Source of the DNA: an uncultured Prevotellaceae bacterium
Lineage (GTDB): Bacteria > Bacteroidota > Bacteroidia > Bacteroidales > Bacteroidaceae
Length of the DNA: 64,000 bases
Direction of reading: 5' to 3'
Assembly: GCA_900557555.1 (NCBI GenBank)
Contig: USTH01000001.1
Coordinates: 1,887 to 65,886, forward strand
Shown: piece by piece, positions 26,793 to 35,741 of the stretch
Layout of the letters: every line of letters starts with the position of its first letter
How positions within the stretch are numbered: the first letter of the stretch is position 1
Notes under the pieces: generated by a model
Databases searched by the model: none
What the model saw: only the letters and a program-made list of their open reading frames with translations
Told to the model about the DNA's origin: nothing
Program-made: the position numbers and the translations under genes

Positions 26793-26848
26793 TTTCGGCG
26801 GAAGTTTATATGTTCACCGACTGGTACGCATATAAATTTCCGCCGAAA
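26793..26848. repeat. Long inverted repeat related to the TTTCGGCCGAAA palindrome family (split form)
   Basis: The arms tttcggcggaagtttatatg and catataaatttccgccgaaa form a ~20-bp stem with one mismatch and a 16-nt loop. The outer halves resemble half-sites of the palindrome arrays at 39.6 kb and 62.2 kb. Confidence 0.6.
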
Positions 26849-26870
26849 AAAAATTCTAAAATGGCTTTAA

Positions 26871-26908
26871 CCCAAATCGGTCATTAGGTCGTAAATAACC
26901 GATTTGGG
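26871..26908. repeat. MITE-like family, minimal TIR-TIR copy (38 bp)
   Basis: cccaaatcggtcattaggtcgtaaataaccgatttggg. The outer 11 bp are perfectly self-complementary. Confidence 0.65.
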
Positions 26909-26997
26909 TTTAACCAACTGTTTTTTCAGCAAAAAAATGCTGAATGAGGCTCTGTTGAGTGTAACACAACAGTGGCAAAGCTCTCATAGTGGTGCCA

Positions 26998-27519
26998 TTA
27001 TAAGTTGAACGTCAACCCGACACTAAAGCAAAACTTCTTGTAGTAGTAGCATTTACGGTCGTTTGATGACTTTGAGATATTGAGGAGGTTCTGACGTGCT
27101 TCAAGAAACACACCAAGTGTCTCAGAGAAGTTATAGCGTGCGCCGGCTTGCAGACCTGCCGTGCGCAAACCTACATGCAGACCACTGTAAACATCTACAG
27201 CCATGGGCAGTTTCAGTATCTCCTGCCAATGATAATTACCCGTTAACATCAAGTCGAGACGTGTGTTGACACCATCATTGTCAACATCGTGTTTGTCTTT
27301 TGCCAGATAACTGGCACCGAAACCTATCGAGAGCCAATCGTTCACGCCTTTGTCGTAGCCAACGACAGCTCCTGACAGTCCACCTGCATTGAGGTAGCCC
27401 ACATAGATTTTGTTGTCGTCGTCACCATCAAAAGCCTGTGCCACAGCCGGCTGATGCAAAGTGAGTAACGTCAAGGTCAGCACAAAAAATGTAACATAGT
27501 GTTTAACCGAGTGTTTCAT
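26998..27519 (-). CDS. Small outer-membrane beta-barrel protein (OmpW/OmpA-barrel-like)
   Basis: 173 aa with a signal peptide (..HQPAVAQA). It shows alternating-hydrophobic beta-strand patterning and a C-terminal ..GLTFNL with an aromatic at position -3. Confidence 0.6.
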   Translation of the reverse strand: MKHSVKHYVTFFVLTLTLLTLHQPAVAQAFDGDDDNKIYVGYLNAGGLSGAVVGYDKGVNDWLSIGFGASYLAKDKHDVDNDGVNTRLDLMLTGNYHWQEILKLPMAVDVYSGLHVGLRTAGLQAGARYNFSETLGVFLEARQNLLNISKSSNDRKCYYYKKFCFSVGLTFNL

Positions 27520-27648
27520 AAGCGAAAATTAAACGTGTCCAAATTTTATAATTTAGGATAACATTGAATTGCATCCCACCTTTTCTCGTCATGGCATAGC
27601 TCAAACAAGCTTGGCTCTGCTCATTTGACTTATCGAAAACGTTATAAT

Positions 27649-29100
27649 TTAATCTATTGTGTATTTTGTTATGCCAAACACCTTTCGGCGGTTGCCGCCT
27701 GTTTTATCCTTCACATACTGTTGGCCATAAACGATATAGTTGTTGTCGTACCAATAGGATGTTGTCGGCGCTTTCATTTTCTTGACATTCAGATTTTCAT
27801 CACCAGCCTCGATAATTTCAGCCTCTTTCTCTTGAATCACATTGCCATCGTTAAGAGCCACTATCTTGCTGACCAGCTTCATGCGATCGGCATATACCAA
27901 GCTTACATTGCCTTTGTCGAGCCCCATTGAAGCAAAGTGCACAACACTGTACGGACGATTCTTTGGGAACATCGGGAAGCAAGTGTCCCACAGCAGGTCT
28001 CCCTGTGCATTGAACTTAACCAACACTGCATGAGTGTATTGGTATCCATTGAAACTTGTGATGATGGCGTTGCCCTGACGGTATGTTATGTAAGTAGGGT
28101 AATAGGCTTCGCCAAGATAATAATAATCTTTGCCGTCAAACACTATGTCGTGGCTTGCCATGAGGTAGTTTAGTGCATACTCCTTGTCCTTTTTTTCGGC
28201 CTTTTCTTTCTTACGTTCTATCTTTTTCTGTTTCTTTTCAGACATGAACTCTGTGAAGTTTTTCAGATCAAGGAAATTGTAGGATTTATAGAATGCAAAC
28301 TCGCCATTGTCAAGAGCAGCGAAATAGATGCCCTGCGAGTTGCCTTTCTTTGACTTGGTATATGTTCCGGTTACAAATATACGTCCACCAGTGTCACTGA
28401 TGCTGGCAGAAGTGATGGCCTCACCGTCAGCAGGTGTGATCTCGGTCACCCCTACCATGTTTCCGTCCATGTCGGTGCGCACAAGCATTGTGTGGCCTTC
28501 CACATTAACAAAAGCGAGCACATTGTCCTTGACTATTGCAGTGGCAAAAATCAAGGTGTTGCGGTCTTTCACACCGGGAAAATGCAAGTTGAGAGCCTTT
28601 ATTTGCCCACTTGCCAGATTAAAGATATTTAATGTCTCTGTCTTTTTGTCGGTAGAGGCAAACACCATACAACCAGAGCCGAAACTGGGCCAACGTATGC
28701 TGAACTTACTCTTGAGCATTGCGTTGTAAACTGACGTTTTGTTTGTCTTGGTGTCAAACGCCAACACCTTGAGGTTGTCATCTCTGTCACGCCACACCGA
28801 ATAGTTGATCCCGTCAACATAATCGCTACATTCATCGGTCATTTTCTTTGGAATAGAGAAAGTTTCTGTTCCAAGGAGTTTCATGTCGGTAGAATATAGT
28901 TCTGATTTTACGGTGCGTTTGCCGTCATCGGCATCCTTTGAGCGTGTCTGCACAAGCAGGCCTTTGTTGCCAAGCGGATAAACGCTCTCGTCTTCAAAGT
29001 CATCGTTTGTAGGACACTCTATTCGCCCCACGGCTTGCGACATTACAGGCAATTCAAACAGGAATGTCGCCAATGTCAATAACAATAATTTCAATTTCAT
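27649..29100 (-). CDS. Secreted protein of unknown function
   Basis: 483-aa ORF with a signal peptide (MKLKLLLLTLATFLFELPVMSQA), mostly beta-type sequence and an internal Lys/Glu-rich tract (SEKKQKKIERKKEKAEKKDKE). I recognise no family. Confidence 0.6.
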   Translation of the reverse strand: MKLKLLLLTLATFLFELPVMSQAVGRIECPTNDDFEDESVYPLGNKGLLVQTRSKDADDGKRTVKSELYSTDMKLLGTETFSIPKKMTDECSDYVDGINYSVWRDRDDNLKVLAFDTKTNKTSVYNAMLKSKFSIRWPSFGSGCMVFASTDKKTETLNIFNLASGQIKALNLHFPGVKDRNTLIFATAIVKDNVLAFVNVEGHTMLVRTDMDGNMVGVTEITPADGEAITSASISDTGGRIFVTGTYTKSKKGNSQGIYFAALDNGEFAFYKSYNFLDLKNFTEFMSEKKQKKIERKKEKAEKKDKEYALNYLMASHDIVFDGKDYYYLGEAYYPTYITYRQGNAIITSFNGYQYTHAVLVKFNAQGDLLWDTCFPMFPKNRPYSVVHFASMGLDKGNVSLVYADRMKLVSKIVALNDGNVIQEKEAEIIEAGDENLNVKKMKAPTTSYWYDNNYIVYGQQYVKDKTGGNRRKVFGITKYTID

Positions 29101-29210
29101 TTTGATTGGTTTTAAGCGGTTTACAATGATTTTTCACTGCAAATGCAAAATTATTTCTTTTTTTTTATATATACACACTGTTTGGCAAACATATTCTCAG
29201 CATTTATCAT

Positions 29211-29218
29211 TATATTTG
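29211..29218 (+). promoter_or_regulatory. Bacteroidetes-type -7 promoter box (TATATTTG)
   Basis: TAnnTTTG match 33 nt upstream of ATG 29251. Confidence 0.4.
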
Positions 29219-29250
29219 CAACCAAACACAACAGAAACACAGAAACAAAT

Positions 29251-30534
29251 ATGGATAAAAAGAAAACTGGCACCATTTGCGTGCAAGGAGGCTGGAAACC
29301 CAAAAAAGGAGAACCGCGCATGGTGCCCATCTACCAAAGCACCACTTTCAAATATGACAACAGCGAGCAGATGGCACGCCTGTTTGACCTGAAAGACACA
29401 GGCTATTTTTACACTCGTCTGCAAAACCCCACCAACGACTATGTGGCAGCCAAGATAGCAGAGATGGAAGGTGGCGTGGCTGCCATGCTGACTTCGAGCG
29501 GACAAGCAGCCAACTTCTTCGCGGTGTTTAACATCTGCGAAGCTGGTGACCACTTCATATCAACCAACACCATTTACGGCGGCACCTACAACCTGTTTGG
29601 TGTCACGCTCAAGAAAATGGGCATTGAATGCACCTTTGTTGACGAAGATGCAACCAACGAAGAAGTCGAAGCCCTGTTCAGGCCCAACACCAAGTGCGTC
29701 TTTGGCGAAACAATATCCAACCCTGGTGGCAACATCTTCGACATTGAACGCTATGCCAAGATTGCCCACAAACACGGGGTGCCACTCATCGTTGACAACA
29801 CCTTTGCCACACCAGTCAATTGCAGACCTTTTGAGTGGGGAGCCGACATTGTGACCCACAGCACCACAAAATACATGGACGGCCACGCTACTGCAGTGGG
29901 CGGTTGCATTGTAGACAGTGGCAACTTCAACTGGATGGACCACGCCGACAAATTTCCGGGACTATGCACCCCCGATGAAAGCTACCACGGCCTCACCTAC
30001 GCCACTGCCTTCGGTAAAAATGCATACATCACCAAAGCCACCGCACAACTGATGCGCGACCTTGGCTCTATACAAAGTCCGCAAAACGCCTTCCTCCTAA
30101 ACATGGGGCTGGAATCTCTCCATGTGCGCATGCAACGTCATTGTGAAAACGCACAAAAGGTTGCCGAATTTCTCCAAGGTGACCCACGTGTCAACTGGGT
30201 ACACTTTGCAGGACTGCCAAACGACAAGTATCACGCATTGGCAGAAAAATACCTGCCCAATGGTGTGTGTGGCGTTATAGCCTTTGGACTGAAAGGCAGT
30301 CGCGATGAAGCCATAAAGTTTATGGACTCTTTGCAGATGATAAGCATTGTCACCCATGTGGCTGACGCCAAGACCTGTGTGCTGCATCCTGCCAGCCACA
30401 CCCACCGCCAGCTATCCGAGGAACAACTTCGTGAAGCAGGCATCGCCCCTGACCTTATTCGCCTCAGCGTTGGCCTGGAAGACATCGACGACATTCTTGC
30501 CGACATCAAGCAAGCTTTGGACAAAGCGTTGTAA
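29251..30534 (+). CDS. metY: O-acetylhomoserine/O-acetylserine sulfhydrylase (PLP-dependent, Cys/Met metabolism family)
   Basis: Start is set at MDKKKTGTICVQGGW. The sequence carries the PLP-lysine region HSTTKYMDGH and a typical C-terminal LIRLSVGLEDIDDILADI. Confidence 0.8.
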   Translation: MDKKKTGTICVQGGWKPKKGEPRMVPIYQSTTFKYDNSEQMARLFDLKDTGYFYTRLQNPTNDYVAAKIAEMEGGVAAMLTSSGQAANFFAVFNICEAGDHFISTNTIYGGTYNLFGVTLKKMGIECTFVDEDATNEEVEALFRPNTKCVFGETISNPGGNIFDIERYAKIAHKHGVPLIVDNTFATPVNCRPFEWGADIVTHSTTKYMDGHATAVGGCIVDSGNFNWMDHADKFPGLCTPDESYHGLTYATAFGKNAYITKATAQLMRDLGSIQSPQNAFLLNMGLESLHVRMQRHCENAQKVAEFLQGDPRVNWVHFAGLPNDKYHALAEKYLPNGVCGVIAFGLKGSRDEAIKFMDSLQMISIVTHVADAKTCVLHPASHTHRQLSEEQLREAGIAPDLIRLSVGLEDIDDILADIKQALDKAL

Positions 30535-30640
30535 CCATCACCACAACCTTTTCTCAGGAGCCAAACATTCCCCTTCTGACAGCCCTCCGATTTCACACAA
30601 AGACAGGCAGAGGCACGAGCAACAAAGACCACGCTAAAGA

Positions 30641-31681
30641 ATGAAAGCATACACATACATAGAGAGAGGCAAGTTCGCCTTGACAGACAAGCCCATACCT
30701 GTTATACAGGAACCAACTGATGCCATAGTCAGAGTGACCTTGGGAAGCATCTGCACAAGCGACCTGCACATCAAAAACGGAAGCGTACCTAAAGCCGTAC
30801 CAGGCATCACCGTTGGCCACGAGATGGTTGGCATTGTTGAGGAAACAGGAAGCTCCGTGAAGAATGTCAAGGCTGGCGACCGTGTGACCGTCAATGTGGA
30901 GACATTCTGCGGAGAGTGCTTCTTCTGCAAGCATGGCTTTGTAAACAACTGCACGTCTCCACATGGAGGTTGGGCTTTGGGATGCAGAATTGACGGTGGG
31001 CAAGCGGAATATGTGCGTGTGCCTCTGGCCACACAAGGTCTGAACCGCATACCAGACAGTGTTACCGACGAGCAAGCTCTGTTTGTCGGCGATTTGTTGG
31101 CTACCGGCTTCTGGGCAACTCGCATCAGCGAGATAACAAAAGACGACACTGTGCTTATCATCGGGGCAGGCCCCACGGGCATTTGCACCTTGCTCTGCAC
31201 AATGCTTAAACGCCCCAAGCGCATTATTGTGTGCGAGCAGTCAGAAGTGCATCGCAACTTTGTCAGAAAACACTACCCAGAGGTTCTGGTCACCTCTTCG
31301 GAGAATTGCAAGGATTTCGTTGTTAACAACAGTGACAACGGTGGGGCCGACCGTGTCATTGAGGCGGCAGGCGGCAAAGACACATTTCAGCTCGCATGGC
31401 AATGTGCAAGGCCAAATGCCATTGTCACCATAGTTGCCCTATACAACGATGCCCAAACATTACCACTGCCCGACATGTACGGCAAAAACCTTACGTTTAA
31501 AACTGGAGGTGTAGACGGGTGCGACTGCAAAGAAGTGCTTAGCCTTATAGAGCAAGGAGAGATTGACACCACACCACTCATCACACACCGTTTTCCTCTC
31601 CACAAGATTGAGGAAGCCTACAGAATCTTCGAAAACAAGAAAGACGAGGTGATGAAGATAGCCATCTGCACTTGCCCATAA
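30641..31681 (+). CDS. Zinc-dependent alcohol dehydrogenase family protein
   Basis: 346 aa with the catalytic Zn motif GHE.VG.V, a structural Zn Cys cluster (CGECFFCKHGFVNNC) and the Rossmann motif IIGAGPTG. Confidence 0.8.
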   Translation: MKAYTYIERGKFALTDKPIPVIQEPTDAIVRVTLGSICTSDLHIKNGSVPKAVPGITVGHEMVGIVEETGSSVKNVKAGDRVTVNVETFCGECFFCKHGFVNNCTSPHGGWALGCRIDGGQAEYVRVPLATQGLNRIPDSVTDEQALFVGDLLATGFWATRISEITKDDTVLIIGAGPTGICTLLCTMLKRPKRIIVCEQSEVHRNFVRKHYPEVLVTSSENCKDFVVNNSDNGGADRVIEAAGGKDTFQLAWQCARPNAIVTIVALYNDAQTLPLPDMYGKNLTFKTGGVDGCDCKEVLSLIEQGEIDTTPLITHRFPLHKIEEAYRIFENKKDEVMKIAICTCP

Positions 31682-31742
31682 GCTTAGAGACCTTTAGACC
31701 TTTACGACAATTTATTGAATCATAAACATCTGATTTTACCAC

Positions 31743-32039
31743 ATGTTTTTGGTAATAGCATTCATCTTCATTGGCATAGGATTAGGCTACACCATACGCA
31801 TCAGAACAGCTACGGCCTCACGCCAACGGATGGGCATAGTGACCTCAAAAGCCACTACAGGACTCATCTGGTTTCTGTTGTTTTTGCTTGGCATAGAGGT
31901 GGGGAGCAACGAGCGGATAACCTCCGCCCTGCCAACATTGGGAGCAGAAGCTCTGCTATTGTCAACATGCAGCGTATTGGGAAGCTGCATTCTGGCGTGG
32001 GCATTGTGGAGGTCTACAAAAGGAAAGAATTGCTTATGA
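31743..32039 (+). CDS. LysO-family (DUF340) membrane protein, small subunit
   Basis: 98-aa protein with three predicted TM segments. Its stop overlaps the next start as ATGA. This is the typical paired DUF340 arrangement. Confidence 0.6.
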   Translation: MFLVIAFIFIGIGLGYTIRIRTATASRQRMGIVTSKATTGLIWFLLFLLGIEVGSNERITSALPTLGAEALLLSTCSVLGSCILAWALWRSTKGKNCL

Positions 32040-32662
32040 AAGGAAGTCTGATAGCTGTGCTTTTCTTTACCATCGGCCTGACAGCAGGGCATTGTGACTA
32101 TCTGCCGACATGGACAACAGACAGCAGAATTAGTTTTGCCGCACTATGCGGACTGCTACTTTTTGTAGGCATAGGGATAGGACTCAATCCCAATATGAAA
32201 AACGACATTAAAAGCCTCAGTCCCCGTTTGACCCTTCTACCGATTGCCACCATCTTGGGATCATGGTTGGGAGCAATGGCGGCATATCTGGCAATAAGCA
32301 GCGGAGTATGCCCCCTTTTGGAGACCCGCAGCATAACAGACTGCATGGCCATAAACAGTGGTTTTGCCTACTACTCACTCTCAAGCATCTTCATCACCGA
32401 ATATCGTGGGGCAGAACTCGGCACCATAGCATTACTGGCAAATGTCATCCGTGAGCTGATAACCCTCCTGCTTACCCCTTTGATAGCAAAACGTTTCGGC
32501 CCCTTGGCTCCCATCTCGTCTGGCGGAGCCACGACTATGGATACCACCTTGCCGATAATCATTCAAACAGTAGGGCAACGCTACACGGCTCTAAGCATAT
32601 ACCATGGCTTTCTGACAGACTTTTCTGTTCCTTTTCTTGTTACCATGTGGTGCATGCTTTAG
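32036..32662 (+). CDS. LysO-family (DUF340) membrane protein, large subunit
   Basis: Start is set at MKGSLIAVLFF (ATG 32036). The ~208-aa polytopic protein is paired with the small DUF340 gene. The longer ORF from 31715 is in a different frame from the small gene and looks non-coding. Confidence 0.6.
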   Translation: MKGSLIAVLFFTIGLTAGHCDYLPTWTTDSRISFAALCGLLLFVGIGIGLNPNMKNDIKSLSPRLTLLPIATILGSWLGAMAAYLAISSGVCPLLETRSITDCMAINSGFAYYSLSSIFITEYRGAELGTIALLANVIRELITLLLTPLIAKRFGPLAPISSGGATTMDTTLPIIIQTVGQRYTALSIYHGFLTDFSVPFLVTMWCML

Positions 32663-32787
32663 CAAGACGCCTCCCCACGACTCTGTTGCCTGATTGTTGC
32701 TTCAAACCCCCGAATACTTTTCTTGCTTTTTTAAGCATTTTTACATAAAACAACAGTCAAAAAGCAAGTTATATGAAATAATGTAAG

Positions 32788-32795
32788 TATTTTTG
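32788..32795 (+). promoter_or_regulatory. Bacteroidetes-type -7 promoter box (TATTTTTG)
   Basis: TAnnTTTG match 22 nt upstream of ATG 32817. Confidence 0.35.
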
Positions 32796-32816
32796 CATTC
32801 TATTATGTAGCATGCC

Positions 32817-34208
32817 ATGACAGTCCTATCAAAAATATTTACGCTGACGGCCATTGCGTTCGCAACAGCGTCTCTAAGCTCTTGCCTTAATGACAGTTCG
32901 TCAACATCGGCGCCAAGCGATGGCAACTGCGCCATTACCCGCATGACGCTTGGAACCATTCCGCGCATCGTCCACACCAAGACAACCGCAGGCAACGACA
33001 CCACGTATGTCACCAACGTGGCAGGCTCGGCCTATGCCATGTATATTGACCAAATCAACCAGGAAATATACAACCACGATTCATTGCCTGCAAATACCAT
33101 CGCATCTAAAATTGTGTTCAGCAACATAACAAGCGATGGCACTGTAACCTACCAGAATGCAAATGGCAGAGACACCCTGTTTTCCACATCAGACACCATA
33201 GACTTTACCACACCGCGCTACTTCACATGTTTTTCGACCGACGGAACACAAAGCCGCAAATACAAGGTGTGTGTCAATATCCACAATTCAAATCCTGACG
33301 ACTACACTTGGACTGCTGTCGCAAAAATACCAGAAGCCCTAAACGGCATCTCAAGCCAAAAAATGTTCGTCATCAATAACGACATCACCATTTTGGCATT
33401 AAAGAACGGGACACCCACTCTTCTGAAAGCGCCCACACAAACGCCAGCATCGTTGAGTGCCACCACCATAACAGGTATTTCGTCTTTTGTGCCCACAGAA
33501 GTCTTTCTGTTCAACAATGTTTTATATTATGTTGACCACGGCACACTGAAAAATTCCACTGACGGCCTTGTGTGGCAGACTGTTGATACAAACATCTCGC
33601 TCGACAAGTTGTTTGCCGTTTCTGAGAACGAGATATTTGCCATTGTCGGCAACAAGATATTCTACTCGACAGACACAAAGCAATGGACAGAAGACAATGT
33701 GGCTGACGACATGACCCTGTTCCCAAAAAGCGAAATAGCGTCGACCTATGGCGAGATGACATTCAACAACAACTTCTACAGCGTCATGGTTTGTGGAAAA
33801 AACGCCTCTGGTGAGAGCGTGGTATGGAAAAAAATCGTTGATAGAAAAGGAGTCAATACAGAGCCTTGGACAATCTACCCGCAAGACCCCGACAACAAAA
33901 ATACATATCCCAACAAAAGTCAGGCAACCATCTTTAACTACGATTCAAAAATCATGCACCTTGGACTCACTGCCAACGGTGATGCGTCAGAAATAACAAT
34001 CAGCACCGATGGCGGACGGTGTTGGCTGCCACAAGCAAGTTCACAAAATCCAAACCTGCCAGGCGAGACCATATCTTTCAGTGCCTGCTGTGACACCGAC
34101 AACAACATTTGGATAACCACCGCCCCAGACGGAACCATTGTCAGAGGAAAGTTGAACCGCCTGTCATACGCCAAAGACCCCACGGTGTTTTCCAAAATAA
34201 CAAAATAA
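32817..34208 (+). CDS. Lipoprotein with BNR/Asp-box repeats (beta-propeller-like), unknown function
   Basis: 463 aa with signal peptide and lipobox (ATASLSSCLND). Asp-box-like motifs are present: NSTDGLVWQ, YSTDTKQWTE, ISTDGGRCW. Confidence 0.65.
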   Translation: MTVLSKIFTLTAIAFATASLSSCLNDSSSTSAPSDGNCAITRMTLGTIPRIVHTKTTAGNDTTYVTNVAGSAYAMYIDQINQEIYNHDSLPANTIASKIVFSNITSDGTVTYQNANGRDTLFSTSDTIDFTTPRYFTCFSTDGTQSRKYKVCVNIHNSNPDDYTWTAVAKIPEALNGISSQKMFVINNDITILALKNGTPTLLKAPTQTPASLSATTITGISSFVPTEVFLFNNVLYYVDHGTLKNSTDGLVWQTVDTNISLDKLFAVSENEIFAIVGNKIFYSTDTKQWTEDNVADDMTLFPKSEIASTYGEMTFNNNFYSVMVCGKNASGESVVWKKIVDRKGVNTEPWTIYPQDPDNKNTYPNKSQATIFNYDSKIMHLGLTANGDASEITISTDGGRCWLPQASSQNPNLPGETISFSACCDTDNNIWITTAPDGTIVRGKLNRLSYAKDPTVFSKITK

Positions 34209-34212
34209 ACAG

Positions 34213-34914
34213 ATGAAACTGGTGCGCCTTACAGTAATCACTTTAATCTCCTTGCTGTCGCCATTGTTTATACAGGCACAGGAAGATGCAGACTTCCGCA
34301 TGGAGATTGGAGGCGGCATTGGCGCAGGCTTTTACTTGGGCGACTTCAACAACCGCATATTCTCTAATCAAAAGCCTGCTGCAAGTGCATACTGGCGCTA
34401 TCTCTTTGACCACTACAATTCACTAAAGGTGTCACTGTCATACACAGGTATAAAAGGGTCTACCAATGACCACGACAGCTTCTATCCCCAGAATCCCGGT
34501 GACAACCAAACCAGTGCTACACCACTGAAATACGCATTTACCGGCAGCGTCATAGACCTAAGCTGCATGTACGAAATCAATTTCTTTCCATACGGTTTTT
34601 ATCAAGACTTCTTCGGCCACAAACGTCTGACCCCCTTTCTGCAACTGGGCGCTGGCATGGCATACGCCAGCAAGGGAAAAGGAGTGGCCTTTAACATCCC
34701 GATGGGCTGTGGCATAAAGTATCGGGTCTCACGCAGGGTCAACATGTCTCTCGACTGGGCCATGCACTTCAGTCTCTCTGACAAACTCGACGGTGTTGAA
34801 GACCCGTTGGGCATAAAATCGTCTGGATTTAAAAACAAAGACCACTTTGGCATCACCATGCTCACAGTCACCTATAGCTTTGCGCCAAGATGCCAGAATT
34901 GCAACAAAGACTAA
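34213..34914 (+). CDS. Outer-membrane beta-barrel protein (DUF6089-like)
   Basis: 233 aa with a signal peptide and beta-barrel patterning. It holds the conserved position immediately upstream of uppS-bamA in Bacteroidales. Confidence 0.6.
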   Translation: MKLVRLTVITLISLLSPLFIQAQEDADFRMEIGGGIGAGFYLGDFNNRIFSNQKPAASAYWRYLFDHYNSLKVSLSYTGIKGSTNDHDSFYPQNPGDNQTSATPLKYAFTGSVIDLSCMYEINFFPYGFYQDFFGHKRLTPFLQLGAGMAYASKGKGVAFNIPMGCGIKYRVSRRVNMSLDWAMHFSLSDKLDGVEDPLGIKSSGFKNKDHFGITMLTVTYSFAPRCQNCNKD

Positions 34915-34927
34915 CCGCCAACAAGCA

Positions 34928-35668
34928 ATGACGAACAACAACACCAATATAGATTGGCACAACATACCGCGGCATATTGCCATCATTATGGACGGCAATG
35001 GAAGATGGGCGCGCAAACAAGGGCTTGACCGGACAATAGGCCACCAGCAAGGAGTGGAGACAGTAAAGAAAATCACGGAACTCTGCGCACGTATCGGAGT
35101 GAAATACCTTACACTCTACACTTTCTCTACCGAAAACTGGAAACGACCATCACAAGAAGTGGCAGCCTTGATGGGGCTCGTACTCGACTCGTTGGAAGAA
35201 CAAATATTCATGGCCAACAACATTAGGTTTCGCATGATTGGCGACAGCCTTCGACTGCCCGAAAACGTACGCAATCGCATCAAGCAATGCGAACAACATA
35301 CTGCCGCCAACGACAAAATGACCATGGTTATTGCCATGAGCTACTCTTCACGATGGGAAATCACCCAAGCCACCAGAGCCATTGTACAACAAGTGGCAGA
35401 TGGGCAACTGAGTGCAGACGACATCACAGAAGACACCATTGCGCACAACCTGACGACATCATTCATGCCAGACCCAGACCTGCTCATACGTACCGGTGGC
35501 GAACTCAGGCTAAGCAACTATCTCCTTTGGCAGTGCGCCTACACCGAGTTGTACTTCTGCGACACTTTCTGGCCAGACTTTGGCGAACAGGACTTACTCA
35601 ACGCAATTACCGCCTACCAACAGAGGGAGAGGAGATTCGGCAAGACCAGCGAACAAGTCTCACAATAA
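34928..35668 (+). CDS. uppS: Isoprenyl transferase (undecaprenyl-diphosphate synthase)
   Basis: Start is set at [10 protein letters not shown]. Motifs [39 protein letters not shown] are present. Confidence 0.9.
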   Translation: MTNNNTNIDWHNIPRHIAIIMDGNGRWARKQGLDRTIGHQQGVETVKKITELCARIGVKYLTLYTFSTENWKRPSQEVAALMGLVLDSLEEQIFMANNIRFRMIGDSLRLPENVRNRIKQCEQHTAANDKMTMVIAMSYSSRWEITQATRAIVQQVADGQLSADDITEDTIAHNLTTSFMPDPDLLIRTGGELRLSNYLLWQCAYTELYFCDTFWPDFGEQDLLNAITAYQQRERRFGKTSEQVSQ

Positions 35669-35741
35669 TAACCGCAAGCACAAAACCCAATACAAGATAA
35701 GCACCCCTCTATAAACCATATTATAGAAACAACTCTTTCAG

